From: Pelomyxa schiedti | Taxonomy: Eukaryota; Protista; Evosea | Length of the DNA stretch: 55,995 bases | Direction of reading: 5' to 3' | NCBI GenBank assembly: GCA_020536535.1 | Contig: JAHLWZ010000422.1 | Location: 1-55,995, forward strand | Shown here: in pieces, positions 24,806 to 37,792 of the stretch | Numbering within the stretch: the stretch's first letter is position 1 | Layout of the letters: the number at the start of each line of letters is the position of its first letter | Translations under genes and position numbers: made by a program | Notes under the pieces: generated by a model | The model's database searches: none | The model's input: only the letters and a program-made list of their open reading frames with translations | Told to the model about the DNA's origin: nothing

Positions 24806-24954
24806 CTTCCTACTTGTTATTAAATTTGTTATTATTCTTCCAATTAAGTTTCTCACACTCTCATCAGACACTCCAAGTTCCACGCTTTTCGTAGCTACGA
24901 ACATTTTTGGTTTGTTGATAAACAAGAAAAAAAAAAAAAAAAAAAAAACCGAAA

Positions 24955-27900
24955 ATGAGTGTCTACGGGATGTGCGAGATGGTCCTCTACTTCGACCTGT
25001 TTCGCAACGTGGACCTCAGCGAGCAGGGCTACTACAGCGTGCGCGCCACCGTGTCCGTGCCGGCGCGCCCCAAGCCGCGCCACCGGCGGCGCCGCCGCCC
25101 CCGGCGCTCGCCCACCACGCCGCCTCCGCCCCCTCCGTCGCCCTCGAAGGGTGCCGCTGCGTCCGGCGCCGGCGCCGCCGCGGCGTCGTCGTCGTCGTCG
25201 TCGTCGTCCGCCGCGTCGCAGTCGCTGTCGGTCTCGCTGCCGACGCCGTCGTCGACGGGGGTGGACGAGCCCGGGCCGCGGCATCAGTACAAGCAGCCGT
25301 CGACGACGACGTCCGGGTCGGCGCTGTCGTCGTCCTCGTCGTCGTCCTCCGTGGGCAGCATGAGCATGGAGCGGAAGGACGAGGGGGAAGCGGGCGGCGG
25401 CGACGAGCGGCCGGGCTTCCGCCCCCACTCCAACAGCGTGGGCAGCACCAACAGCAGCTACAGCAACCGCAGCATCGACGGCGACGACACCATCGACAAC
25501 GGGGACGACGACTTTGACGAGGAAGGGGAAGGGGAAGGGGAAGGCGACTGCGGGGCGGGGGGCGGGGGCGGCAGCAGCAGCGGCGGGGAGGAGGAGGAAG
25601 AGGAAGTCAGCGAGGGGGAGGAGTTCTATTACTCGCAGTCGCCGCCCCCGCCGTCGCGCCCCCCGCCGAGCAGGCCCCCGCCTCCTTTGCCACCCCACGC
25701 ATTGATTGCTGTTGCTGCCGCTGCAAACGCCACTCCCACAATGCCCACTACACCAAGACCAACAGCCGCCACCACCACTACGACGACTACAACTACTACT
25801 ACTACAGTTTCTACAATGACTTCCATGGGCACAATGGCACCTAATTCTTCAGCTTCTGCAGTTGCAAGTACACCTGCAACTGCAGCCTCAACGGCTTCTA
25901 CAACTGCAACTTCAACTTCAACGGCTGCTGCAACGGGGTCATCATCTTCTATGGGGAGTTCAGGAGGTGGGGTCGGGCTGGCGGATTCTGTGCTGGCCCT
26001 TCCTGTGTCCTTGACTTCTGTTAGAAGCAATTGTGAGTGATGGACAATTGGAGTGCGTTGTGTATGGGATGTGTGTGTATGCATAAGTTAAAGTTCGTCG
26101 GTTTATTGACTGTTCTCATGCTTTTTTTGGTGGCTTACTTGGTGTGCAACTTTAGATGATATGGTAAGGCACGGCGACGTACCAGCGGGATTTGATCCCT
26201 ACATCTTCATGTCAGAAAATGCGTTTCGGACTAAAACATTTTGGATAAGATATATACATGAAGAGGTAAACAGATTTTCCCAAGTCATACATTCTCCTAA
26301 ATCGACGCAGGTACCGTTGTGTGAAGCTGTGCGCTTCCAGTTTCAAGTTGAGGCTGGAACTCCTGTATGGCACTTCATTACCACAGAGGTGTTCCCTTAA
26401 TTCTCTTAGGAGTTCTTTCAAAGCACTTTTGTTCACCTTGAACTCGACCTTATGTTTTCACAAAACCAATCGTGCGCACTCCCTCATTTGAAGTTCTGAC
26501 TTACCATTAGGCAGATTAACAAACCCAGAGTGCCTCACCTCTCTTGCTAAGAAACAGTACCGTATTCAATGTTTTCCACAAAGTTCAAATTCAACTTTCC
26601 TGGTTGTCTTTGGCGACTTTCACTTCTGCAGTGTTTTAGCATATGCGAAAACGGTTCTTCTTGGATTCACCTATAAGAGAAAGTGCGCCATTACTTTCTA
26701 TTGATTGTTCGTTTTCATTGTTTACGAAAGTATCAGAGGGCACACTACCAGTAAAAAGCATCTAGAATCTGTACTCTCCACCTCTATCCCAGTACAGAAA
26801 GCACCACTTACTATGGCACCGAATCAGTATGCTGACTTATTCCTAAGAGTGTTAATTTTTAAAAGGAAAGGGGAACTTTCTTCACGACCACTTTCTGCAC
26901 AATTTTTATCAGGTTTATCCCCTTTCTTTTGGGAGTTGAGAGCAAGGATGAGTGAAGGGAGAGTTCCGAGAAAAAGTAAGAGAAAAGTATTTGACTTAGA
27001 GCCTCAAAGATGAAGACTGCCGCTTTATACAGTGCTATGCAATGATGTTATACGTTTTCCACGAAGACTTGGTCAAGACAATAAACCGGTGCCTTGGATT
27101 GCCAGAATTTATTGATGCCTCCAAGGGAGTGAAAGACCCCACTCTCTCTGATGACTTTTCCTCCGATGCAGACCCCACACTGTCATCCAGTCGCTTAGCA
27201 GAAGCATTAAATCCCTGGGTCTCAAGTAAAATATCATTCTCCAAAGACCCTCTCTCCCATCTCAAGGAAACAGAGATGCTCAATGTAACGTGTTTTCCTT
27301 AACCGTTTATGCTTAATATAATGAAATGGAATGACTAGTCTAATCCATGTTTTCCACAGTTCGTCTCCACTTGTAGCACACTTGGTCAACTCAACGAACT
27401 TTCTGCCAAGGTTTTGCACACCAAATTTCCTTGCAATACTCATCTTTGGCTCAAGGTTGTTTCAATGTGGAACCATTTCCGCTTTTTATTTCGCAGACAT
27501 GGCTCTTCACTATGTCACATTTATTACCATGCACTGCCCACAGCCCTTCGTCAAGTTTACTCAAAACTTGTTGTTGAGGAACCTCTGGTTGTTAATGACT
27601 TTTCTGAATTGACATGTTCACCTCCCTTGAAGTATATTGTACCACAAATATTTCTTTTCTTTAACGGAATACTGTAGAAAGGACTTGCCTACTCGCTACA
27701 AAGAAGTAATACCCTCCGGAGCAGTCCCTCTATTAGTTCACGATATCTCCCACCCAATGTACATTGACGCAAAACCAATATTTTCTGTACAGTCGTTGAA
27801 TCTGAAGTACTATGATTTCCCTATTTGCCTCCGTAACCCAATCTTAGTTTCAAAACACCTATAAATACACCCACTACAGCATCCCCCACGGCTACAGATA

Positions 27901-29305
27901 ATCCCAGTTTGATTTTTTCAACAACCTCAAGCACTGCTTCGTCTCTGGAAGTTTCATCCCTAATTAATGCTCCTGATGAAACACTGGAGAGTTTTAGTAC
28001 AGTACCATCAATCACACCTCATGGCAGTCCAGAAACTTTTCCAGAATTCTTGGTGAATTCTCTACCAGATTCAGTAACCTTAAACAAAGTAGCCTATACT
28101 GGTTTGGGGTGTACTGTGTGTAATTACAGTGTAAAACACCTTGTTGTATTTGTTCACGGGTTTGCTGGTAAGAAAGGTACTAAATATTTTATGCCTCATT
28201 CAGCATAGGAAACATGTGGGATCTACGATTGTTCAAAGATCATTTATCCACACTTTTTCCTCATTTCACCTTCTTGGTCAGTTTTTTTTTCCAATTGGAA
28301 TTGCTTACACTCTCCCAGCTATGTGCTTCAGTTGAAAGAAATACCTCGCAAGATATAAGTGACCTTGGGGAACAAATTGCTGCCGAAGTGCATCAATTCA
28401 TTTCTACTTCATTTCCAGAAATCCAGAAGCTTAGGTTAAATTCACTACCTACCCCTTTTCCCTCAACAATTTGTAGTTTTGTAGGACATTCCCTTGGTGG
28501 AATTGTCATCCGCGCTGCCCTAACAAGTACGCGTCTAAAACAATACGCACACCTTTTTCATGGGTACATTTCTTTGGCCTCTCCACATCTTGGGACCATG
28601 TACTCACAGACGCGGATTTTCCCAACAGGTTTTGGACTTGATAGCCTTCGACTCGTCTCTAACTCCTTACAGCAATGTGGATGGTCCAAAAGTGGACTAA
28701 AGCAACAAGTTTGAAGCAACTCCGGCTTCAAGATGCAAAAGACCCATACAAAACTTTTCTGTACCTGCTGAGCCTCGAGCCGGTATTTCAACATTTCAAG
28801 AAAGTTGTCTTGGTATACTGTGAGCAAGACACGTACGTCCCCTCACATTCCGCCAAAATAGAAGTTTGTGCCGCTTCACTTAAAGATGATAAATATGGTA
28901 CATGTGCACTTATGCTCTTTTCCTACTTTCTAAAGCAAACAAATAGGGCCAGTCATCTCCAACATGGTAATTAATATTCTATCAAAGATACTGGCCAACC
29001 CCGAATGCCGTCTTGTTAGGTTGGTCTGCTTTCACCCATTTCTGTTGTGTGCTTCTCTAATTCTTGGTTCCACACACAGATGCGAGGTCAGCTTTGATAC
29101 CTCGACACTTACTGGTGTGGATTCCATTATTGGCCGTGCTGCACGTGAGTGTTTCACAGCTTCCTTCTTTTCCTTTCCTAACTTCAACTCAATTATCTTG
29201 CCTCTATCCCCAAACAAACAATCAAAACACTCAGACATCCGGTACCTCGACAGCTCACCCTGGATACACTATTTCTTGCACCTTTTCCAGTCCCACTTTC
29301 TGTAA
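24955..29305 (+). CDS. FAM135: FAM135-family protein (C-terminal DUF676 alpha/beta-hydrolase)
   Basis: N-terminal FRNVDLSEQGYYSVR and FRTKTFWIRYIHEEV. C-terminal HLVVFVHGFAGN.WDLR, SFVGHSLGGIVIRAAL, SLASPHLG, QDTYVPSHSAKIE and IGRAAHI. Confidence 0.9.
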
Positions 29306-29456
29306 ACAACAACCGAAAAAACATCCGAGGAAACTGTAAAATAAACCAAAGTTGATCTCTTGTTCCCTTAATTTTCGCTAGAAGCTGAAACAAACACCGA
29401 TTCGGCGTACCCCATCTCAAAAAAGAAAAAAAAAGTTCAATTAGGGTGGCTACATC

Positions 29457-30269
29457 ATGGCCTTTGACGATAGTGAAGTTCGGGTGCTGGTACTTGGTGA
29501 CGTGGGTTGTGGGTGTAGGAGCCTCATAAGGGCTGCTGTGGGTCTCCCATTCTTATCTGATCCGCAGCCAAGGTCCCTCACTTTCTCCCACAAGGTACTT
29601 TTGCCTCTGTTTCGGACACCCTTTTTTTCGAATCGGTGACGGTCAGTAAGGTCAAATTGACAAAGAAAGGAGCAAAAGTGAAGATAGTCGCAGTAAGTTT
29701 CGCTTTTGCTTTTACTTATGATATATTCTCAATAATTTGTATTAAACAGTAATTATGCTGTATCTCATTAGATTGTATGAGGGCAGGAATCATCTCACAC
29801 GTGGCAACAAGGAAATGTGGAATTCCCCAGGTGCAATGCCGTGATGGTATGCTTCAGCCTGGCTGATAAATCCAGCTGGGAGAGTGTAAACAACTGGGCA
29901 AGGGAGGCCAGGAAACGCGGCTTAATATGGCTACTGGTGGGTTGTAAGTCCGACCTGGATTCTACAGTGGATAAGAATTTACCAAAGGTGTGGCATGTTT
30001 TCTGAATCAATCCTCTTGAACTCACAGTTTCCCTCACACTCCGTACCTTTCCACATGGCAGAGGTTTGCAGAAGATGTATGTGTTAACAAAAAAATAAAT
30101 TCTTAATAATATAAGCACTCACTGCACGTAGCATGACACAAGCTATGTGGAAACAAGTGCCAGAGAAGGCTGTTATGTGACAGACGTGTTCCAGAGGCTA
30201 TGTGAAATGCTACAGGAAGCTATGGCATTGGGTGGTCTACATGCAAAGAACCGCTGCTTGCTATGTTGA
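29457..30269 (+). CDS. Divergent Ras-superfamily (Rho/Rab-like) small GTPase with a degenerate P-loop
   Basis: VRVLVLGDVGCGCRSLI, AVMVCFSLADKSSWESVNNW, LLVGCKSDL, YVETSAREG and C-terminal RCLLC*. Confidence 0.75.
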
Positions 30270-30399
30270 GTGATTGCGATAGTTTGGTGAGTGTATTTTC
30301 TATAGTTGTAAATGAATGGACTAAAGGAAAGTATCCTTTTGGCTGTTCAAAAACTCTTTTTTTTCCTTTTCGAGTGTTATTGGTGTCACACTTTCACTT

Positions 30400-33300
30400 T
30401 CACAACACAATCCTCAACATTCCCCCACTTTTATCTGGACTGCAATCAGAGTACCTAAGTCTCTTCTATTTCCGTGTTAGGTTAAAAAGTGGAAAAGAGG
30501 TGTAACCTCGTCCAACAAACAGATGACTGAATTGAGCAGTTTTGGTTGTTTGTCATATGCGTGGTGCCCTGTTCCCGTGATCACATACAAAGTGGTGCCT
30601 GATTGGTGTTAGAGATGCGATAAAGAATAGAAGTACTACCTCGAGAGGCCGTTTTTAGGTAATCACCCAAAATCCCACAGGCTTCTTCTGGGTGAAGACC
30701 ATGAAGGTCCAGAGTTTGTTCCCCAAGTTCCAGGAAGACACTATTCCTGTGAGGAAGTTAAATTTTTCGGTTCCTCTCCACGAAACAACCTGCTGGTAAA
30801 TATAGAATCTTTAGCTGCCTCATGGTACTCCTTCATTTTTTGAGCATAATAGCGTCCCTGAAGAGTTGTTACCATGCGGAAATTACCGCATCAGGAATTA
30901 CCTTGCGAGAGTGCTCCTTAGCAAGAATCTTATCTCCCACTAAATAGGCATCAGTAGCAAAGGCATAGTGCATGTTACGGAGCTGTGCACAGACAATTGC
31001 GGGCGCTCGTTGTGCGTCATACAGGTCAGCTTAGGCCGGAGTATTAGAGGATGAAAATGTAAAATAACACATACAAACACTCCGGCCTGTATCAACCCAC
31101 ACTGGTAATTGTTCATCAGGTGACTCACTAGGTTGGGGCTTGGATTGTGGGTGCATGGTTGGGCTCTTTTGTGGGGTCTCTACAAGCAATGGCTCTAATT
31201 CCCCTGAGTTGAAGGCTTCTGTTAGAAACTTTCTTGCAGGCTCGGGCTTATTTTTGTGGGTTCGAAATACAGCTTCTACTATGCCAGATGGTACATTTGG
31301 AAACTATGAACCTCATATGAGTGAACGGGAAGCAATTAATTAATAATAATAATTAATAAAATTAATAACCAAAAAGCGAACCTCCGCTTTGATTTCATTC
31401 AAGTGAAGGTGTTCGGACATTTCGAGAGACTCGAGGTAGTGGGATGTCTGTGGATCATAGGGCTGAATATCTTTGGGAAGATACATAGGGGCAGGTTGTT
31501 GCCTTGACGACTGACTGAGGTGCGGGCGTGGAACAGGCATGCGAACTGGAGCACCTCTGCCACTTGAAAGAGGCCTGCAGGGTTATTCACTACATATACA
31601 CAACTCACACACGCACACACTCTCACAGAAATCAACAGTTACCCTGGCAATGCAGGAAAATCTTGTATTCGAAATTGAGCGCCGTAGGGAGTCTATTTTT
31701 GTTTGTTTAGGTTGAGTTAATTGTTGTTTCCATTTTAGGGTAGGCTGGAATGGACCTTATTTTCTTGCACCACAGGAGGATCTTCGGGAGGTGGGGGAGG
31801 TGGATGTGCATGCCGATAAAAGCAAGCATCACCACGTACACAACAGCCCTTCAGCCAGTACCTGTCCATGCTTAAGTTGTTTAAAAATAATCTTATGTTA
31901 CACACGTGCATGTAACATTGGCATCATGTTTGAAGGGACAATTCTTAACCAGGCAGTTCCCCTTTTTAAGCAATAAATATAAAGAGCAAGCTTTCTTGGA
32001 AACTGTACCTGAAGGAAAAATTTGCATACAGGAACGGGATCTGTTTTTGAAAATTGTTGAGACCTTGGTTGAGGATTTAGTTAACACAGACCTTGACTCT
32101 GTGTATCACTTTTGAGGGACTTTGCTGCTTTGTGCAAAACACTTGAAGAGGCATCTACTGGATTCTCTTCTTCTGTGCTAACGAGATACCCATAAGCCTA
32201 TAAGCATGAGTAAACTTTTTGGCAAAGGTAGATGTACCTGGTCCACATCCCCATTGAACATACCCAAGATTGCTTTTAGGGAAGGGATATCAAATCTCCC
32301 CTCAAACGCAGCATGTAGTTTTTCAATCTGTGAATTTCATAAAAATGCCGGGATAAACTCTAAGTAGGTACCTTATTATCCTCAGGTGAGGAGTCACATG
32401 GTTCAGAATCTCCAGGTAGAGTATGGTCACTTGAAGCTGGAGGTAATTGTGTTTGCTGAGGATCAACTTGTTGTAATAGGAGTTGTTGCTGTAACAGAAG
32501 TTGTGTTTGCTTTTCAATAAGCTGATGTTGATTATGTAAGCGTTGTTGCTGTTGTTGTATAATCATTTGCTGCTGGCTTGGATCCAGAGGGTCAACTAAC
32601 TGTTCCTCTGGGAGGAGAGTGGGGGCATCGGAAAATTGTTGCTGTTGTTCCATCAATTGTTGTTGTTGCAAGCTGCCAAGTTCCACTCGAAGCTGATCCA
32701 AAGCCTTTTTTTATTACTATTTGGTATTTGCTTTGTTCAGTACAACCTGGTCAAAATTGAAGTTGGATGCTTCAAACACCTCAGCCACTTTTCTGAGGGT
32801 ACATAAGTCAAGAACTAGAAGAAGGTGCCCTTACTTGTGTCCAAGAAGGTTACCATACACATCACACAGTTCTCTAAAGCCCTTTTCTAGTACAGGTGGG
32901 TTAGAGTTATTTTTAGTTTTGTTTTGGTTGTTATGCACCCTCATTTGGAACGCTTTGGCTGGCAGCATTCTCTTGTATTTGTGTGCCTTTTCCTATTCCA
33001 AGTTATGCAATAAGATTTGAGGGATGTCAACCTTTTTTGTTCTTTTTCTTTTTTTTAGATTTACTGCCTTCCTGTAGGGGTATTGACTGGAAATTAGTTG
33101 AGGAGGCACTTGTCACTTTTTCACCCACAGCTTGAGTATTAGCAGGTTTATTGAGAGGGGTTTTTATTGGTTTCTGTGAGGTATTGGTGGGAAGTTGTTG
33201 AGCATTTTTAGTTGGAATTTGCTTGGAGGCTGATTTCCTGGATGCAGATGTGGATTGCTTGGGGACACTTGTTATATTTTTGGAGGTTTGTGGCTGTGGC

Positions 33301-33914
33301 TGTTGTTGATGAGCTGAAGAGGGTACCCCTTTGCTATTGTCTTGCTCAATCTCCGCTAAGTGTTCATATGCCTGCTGAAATAAGCAAATCCCAGAACAGT
33401 GATAAAGATAATATTACCGCATTGGAATCGCCGTCGTTCATTGCCAGAATTGCATCAATTGACTTCATGTCAAACCTTCCTTCAAATGCATTGAACAACA
33501 TTGTTGTTGGCTACATGCACCCCAGTGAGAACGAATACAAGGAAAGGGCGAAAATAATTCCAAATAAATAAATGGCATATAATAAAGGTTGCGTACATCA
33601 TGGGACGCTGGCATGGTAGACGATGGCATCCCATAATAGTCACCAGGGGGCCCTTGAGCAAAAGCGAGTGCGGCGGGGTCGGCGCTCGGTATGTCCTCCC
33701 AGGACTGCATCACGCCACGGGGCACGAACTCCTCACATCCCAGAGCCCACGACGTGGGGGCAGAGTCCGCCCCGGGCGCGCTGGGCGATGACGTCATCGG
33801 CGGAAGCTGGGCACCACCCCAGTTCCACTGTGTTTGCAGTTGCATTTCATTTTGTTGTTGTTGCCTTTGCTGCTGCAGACGGCGACCCCCACGCACGCTC
33901 CCGGTCACTTTCAT
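30400..33914 (-). CDS. Smr-domain protein with PAM2-like motif, CUE/UBA-like segments, tandem CCCH zinc fingers and DUF1771 (Cue2/N4BP2/NONU-1/CID7-like putative mRNA endonuclease)
   Basis: LGCEEFVP, CSLYLL..GNCLVKNCPFKH, CKYWLKGCCVRGDACFYRH, AKEHSRK.GRYY..KMKEYHEAAKDSIF, TLDLHGLHPEEA, LYVITGTGHH and GGMLRIVL*. Confidence 0.85.
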
Positions 33915-34370
33915 CACACCACAAATAAAAAAAATTCCAGAGCCAGAAGCAAGATCCGAGAAAGTCTAAGGTGAAAGACCTCTGTACCTGAGTAATAACT
34001 AGGGGAGCTATTCCATACTCCGAAGACAAAGCAGCTGTCCCACACCACTCCAGCCCCAAAGAAAGAGCATCACAATGAAGGAACACAAACTCACCTCGAG
34101 TAACCCATATCAACAAGAATCCAGACGTCGTCTCCAAGCAGTGGCTGGCCGGGTGGTACAGCAAAGTCTCCGGTCAACTCTGAACAAGGGATCCGAATTT
34201 GGCATTGTGGCAAGTGGGTGTACGCCGCTCGATATCAACAATCCTCAAAGAGGCTGAATTTTTCTTCAAATTTCCGTGTGACATGTCTTAATTATAGTTG
34301 GCATCTTTAAAGAAAACATTTGGTCGCCATCCATTTTTTTTAAACAAATAAAAACCCAAGACCAAGATCT

Positions 34371-36093
34371 ATGGCAGCCACAACACCCGCCGAAGTACCC
34401 GTCCTTCGCAACTACATCAATGGTGCGTTCGTTGAGTGCAGGGGAACCAGAGTCCTCGATGTCATGAACCCCGCTACCGACGAAGTCATCAACAAGGTCC
34501 CAATGTCCACCGCCGAAGAAGTCGACGAATGCGTTCAGTAAGTTTTTTACTACGGCGCTATCGTTTTTTTTTTTTTTTTTTATGTTTTTTTTTTTTTTTT
34601 CCCCGTTCATACGTATTTTTTTTCCCTTCACTGACTCATCCCTTGTTTCTAACTCTAATCGTTACCTTTAGGGCTGCCCAACGCGCTTTTCTTAAGTGGA
34701 GGGAGGTTCCCTGCATTCAGCGCATCCAGCCCCTTATGCGCTGCCTTCAGTTCATCAAGGATCGCAAGGACGAGATTGCTCGCTCTATTACCATCAACCA
34801 CGGAAAGGAAATCAAGGCCGCCGAGGCAGAAGTCGTCAGAGCTTACCAAATGATCGAGAGTGCTTTGTGCACACCCGAATGGCAGAAGGGAGAGTTCATG
34901 GAGAATGTTGGTGGGTCTTTATCCTTTTCCCTTCGTTCCTCACTTTGTTCTAGCCCCCGACATTGATGAGTACTCTCTCCGCGTACCCTTGGGTGTTTTC
35001 GTTCACATCCCACCCTTCAACTTCCCCGGAATGGTTCCTTTCTGGTTCTGGCCATATGCAGTTGCTGCTGGAAACTCATACATCATCAAGTCCAACGAAA
35101 TTACACCTCTTTCAATGCAATTGATGTTCGAGTGCATCCACCAGGCTGGTTTCCCCCCCGGCGTCATCAACTACATTCACGGTGATGTCGAAGTTGCCAA
35201 TCTTCTGATTGATCACCCCCTCACCAAGGGAGTCTCCAGTGTTGGGTCTACCCCCGTTGCCAAGGCCATCTATGCTCGCGCTTCCGCCTTGGGCAAGCGC
35301 GCTCAATGCCACGGTGGTGCCAATAACTACCTCCTCTTGATGCCAAGCTGCAATTTGGAGGAGATTCTCCCCAACGTGCTGAACAGCGTCTTTGGAAACA
35401 CAGGCCAGAGGTGCCTTGCCGGGTCTACAATCGTCGCTGTAGGTAACGAGAAGTGGTACCATACAGTCCGTGATCAGTTCATCGCCGCCATCAAGGCTAA
35501 GGTAATAATCTCTAATACTCTGGTTTTTCTAACTTGTTTAGGTCCGCCCTGGAAGTGGTTTTGACCTTGGTGCAGCAATGGGACCAGTTGTCAGCAAGAA
35601 GGCTCTCGCTACTCTTCTTGCCCAAATTGAGGAAGGCGTTGCTGAGGGTGCTCACCTCCTCCTTGACGGCCGTGGTGTTGTTGTACCTGGTTTCCCCAAG
35701 GGATACTGGTTGGGCCCGACAGTCTTTGAAGGAGCTCGCCCAGGAATGAAGTGCTATGAGGATGAAATCTTCGGCCCAGTTTGCCGAATTGACCACATTA
35801 CAACTCTCGATGAGGCCATTACCCGCATCAATGCTCACCCCAAGGGCAATGCCAGCACCATCTACACCGAGAATGGCAACGAGGCAAGGAAGTTCAGGCA
35901 CGAGTGCGCTCCAGGCATGGTTGGAATCAACATCGGCCTTGTCGCTCCAATTGCCTGGTTCCCTTTCGCCGGCGCTAAGGACTCCTTCATTGGCACTCTC
36001 AGGGCTCAGGGCAGGGAATGCTTCGAGTTCTTCACCCAGGAGCACGTTGTCGTTGAGAGGTTCCACGGACACGGAAAGATCGAGTGGGATTAA
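34371..36093 (+). CDS. mmsA: CoA-acylating methylmalonate/malonate-semialdehyde dehydrogenase (ALDH6/MmsA/IolA family)
   Basis: LRNYINGAF, VMNPAT, PLGVFVHIPPFNFPGMVPFW, VGSTPVAK, KRAQCHGGANN, FGNTGQRCLAGS (catalytic Cys), EIFGPV, GMVGINIG and FPFAG.KDSF. Three introns and strong C-ending codon bias. Confidence 0.93.
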
Positions 36094-36184
36094 GGAAACC
36101 AAGAACCCCTTACAGTCTCACCCTCCTCTTTGCTAAACAGGAAGAGGAGAAAAAGGAAAACATAAAAAAAAAGAGAAAATTCTT

Positions 36185-37735
36185 TTACACACAAGTGAAT
36201 GCTTCCATTTCTTCCCTTACTTCGAGAGGCAGGCTCTCCACATACTCTCTGACTTCGGGTATTTTTGTGTTTGTGGCCAGCCAGTGCAGGCACAGCTCCC
36301 TGAGGTTGATGAAGTTGGGGGAATAGGATTGCTCTGCGAGTCCAAGAATGGCTTTGCTTGTCTCGAAAGTAAGGTTGTCCTAATTGGTGATTACTAGTTG
36401 AGAACTGAAGAGGAAAAGATACCGCAATGAACTTCTCACAGAGGGAGCAAAGGTGAGGCAAAAGAAAGAGGTTTCCCATGGTCCAAATTTCCATGACATT
36501 CTCGCCGTCAACAGTAACGTGGTCGGTGTAAAGATAGCGTAGAATATTTCGCAAAGTGGCCTGTGGAATAGTGGAAAAACTATATGGCCCAGTGGGATTC
36601 ATTTTGAAAAGTGTCCGGAAGTACTCTGACCTTGCTTTCAAAATCTGTTGAAAATTTTTAGAGAACGGAACACAATACCAGGAAATTACATTGGAGTGAG
36701 CCCCTACGCTTTCGTTGTTGGCAGCAATAAGTGTGACATCACATTCAGCTGGTGGTTCTGCGCTCAAAAGGGCTTCCATGTCAGCCACCATGGAGGAGGA
36801 TTTCATTGTGACAGTGGAGAAGCCAAAGAAACCTGTCTCATCTGACCATTTCAGGCGAACTGCAACCGTTGCCTGTGGTGACTTGGGAGTGTTGCCTTGC
36901 AATTTGTCACGAGCAGCCACTCCAGGGATGCACACCAAGGCGTAAGAGTACCTATCACCAAGAGCAAAATCTCGAGCCTCCAGCGTTGATCCCAGACGCT
37001 GCAGGAGTGCCAGAGCATCAGGTGTGAGAAGGTTGGTAAAAGCATCCGCCGTGACAATCACCACAATTACATCCCTATCAAAGAATGCATTTAGACTAAA
37101 AACCCAACAAAGCAACACCCCTCAAATAACATCATAACAAACACAGCACAACCAAAACAAAAAACGAAAATTAAAATTTGAACAACTCAAAAAGAAGTGA
37201 GCCCCTAATTATAGACAGATAGATTACGAGAATACCTCCTGTCCACCAATGGGCCACACTCTCGCACAAAGTCAGCCGAGGCGCCTTCCTTCCCCCATGT
37301 GTCATAAGTTGCCGAGAACAGCACGCCGCCGTCGCCCTCCTCCGCGGGGTGTGCCCGCGACATCACAACCACGTTCATCCCCCTCATCCCCTTCCTGTCC
37401 CCTAATTGCTTGTGGTGGTGCCGAGACGACTTGGACGAGGACGAGCCTGACACGGACACTGACACGGAGACGCACGCCGAGCCCGTCACCGAGACTGACA
37501 CGGAGCCGCTTGGCCGCCAGCTCAGCACCGGGCGCCGATTCACTACGACTGATGGCCCACGGGGGTCCTTGCTGTCTGTCATGTGGTAGAAATTGGCCCC
37601 TGTGGCTACAAGCAGCATCGACCTCGACGCACCGCCATTGGGTTCCGCTCCCATAATGGTGGTTGTGGTGCTACTGCTGGTGCACGTTGTGGGGGCAACC
37701 GAGGCGCCGTCTGTGGGTTCTTCACCGCTTGTCAT
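36185..37735 (-). CDS. ILEI/PANDER(GG)-like domain + BTB/POZ domain protein
   Basis: ILEI-like: RGMNVVVM..TYDTWG..DFV..VIVVIVTADAF..ALQRLGS..GDRYSYALV. BTB with BACK-like tail: CDVTLI..AHS.ILKARSEYFRTLF..ILRYLYTD..L.SLCEKFI. Confidence 0.8.
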
Positions 37736-37792
37736 CGTTTTTCGATGAAAACTGATTTTGAAAAACTTTATTTTGTTTAGCGCCGGGATAGA

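Noticed and set aside
30331-30340. GTATCCTTTT resembling a U12 intron donor
   Set aside because: It lies between two convergent stop codons, outside any coding model, with no convincing U12 branch site.
35512-36102. 196-aa antisense ORF over the MMSDH last exon
   Set aside because: It is a by-product of strong codon bias on the sense strand.
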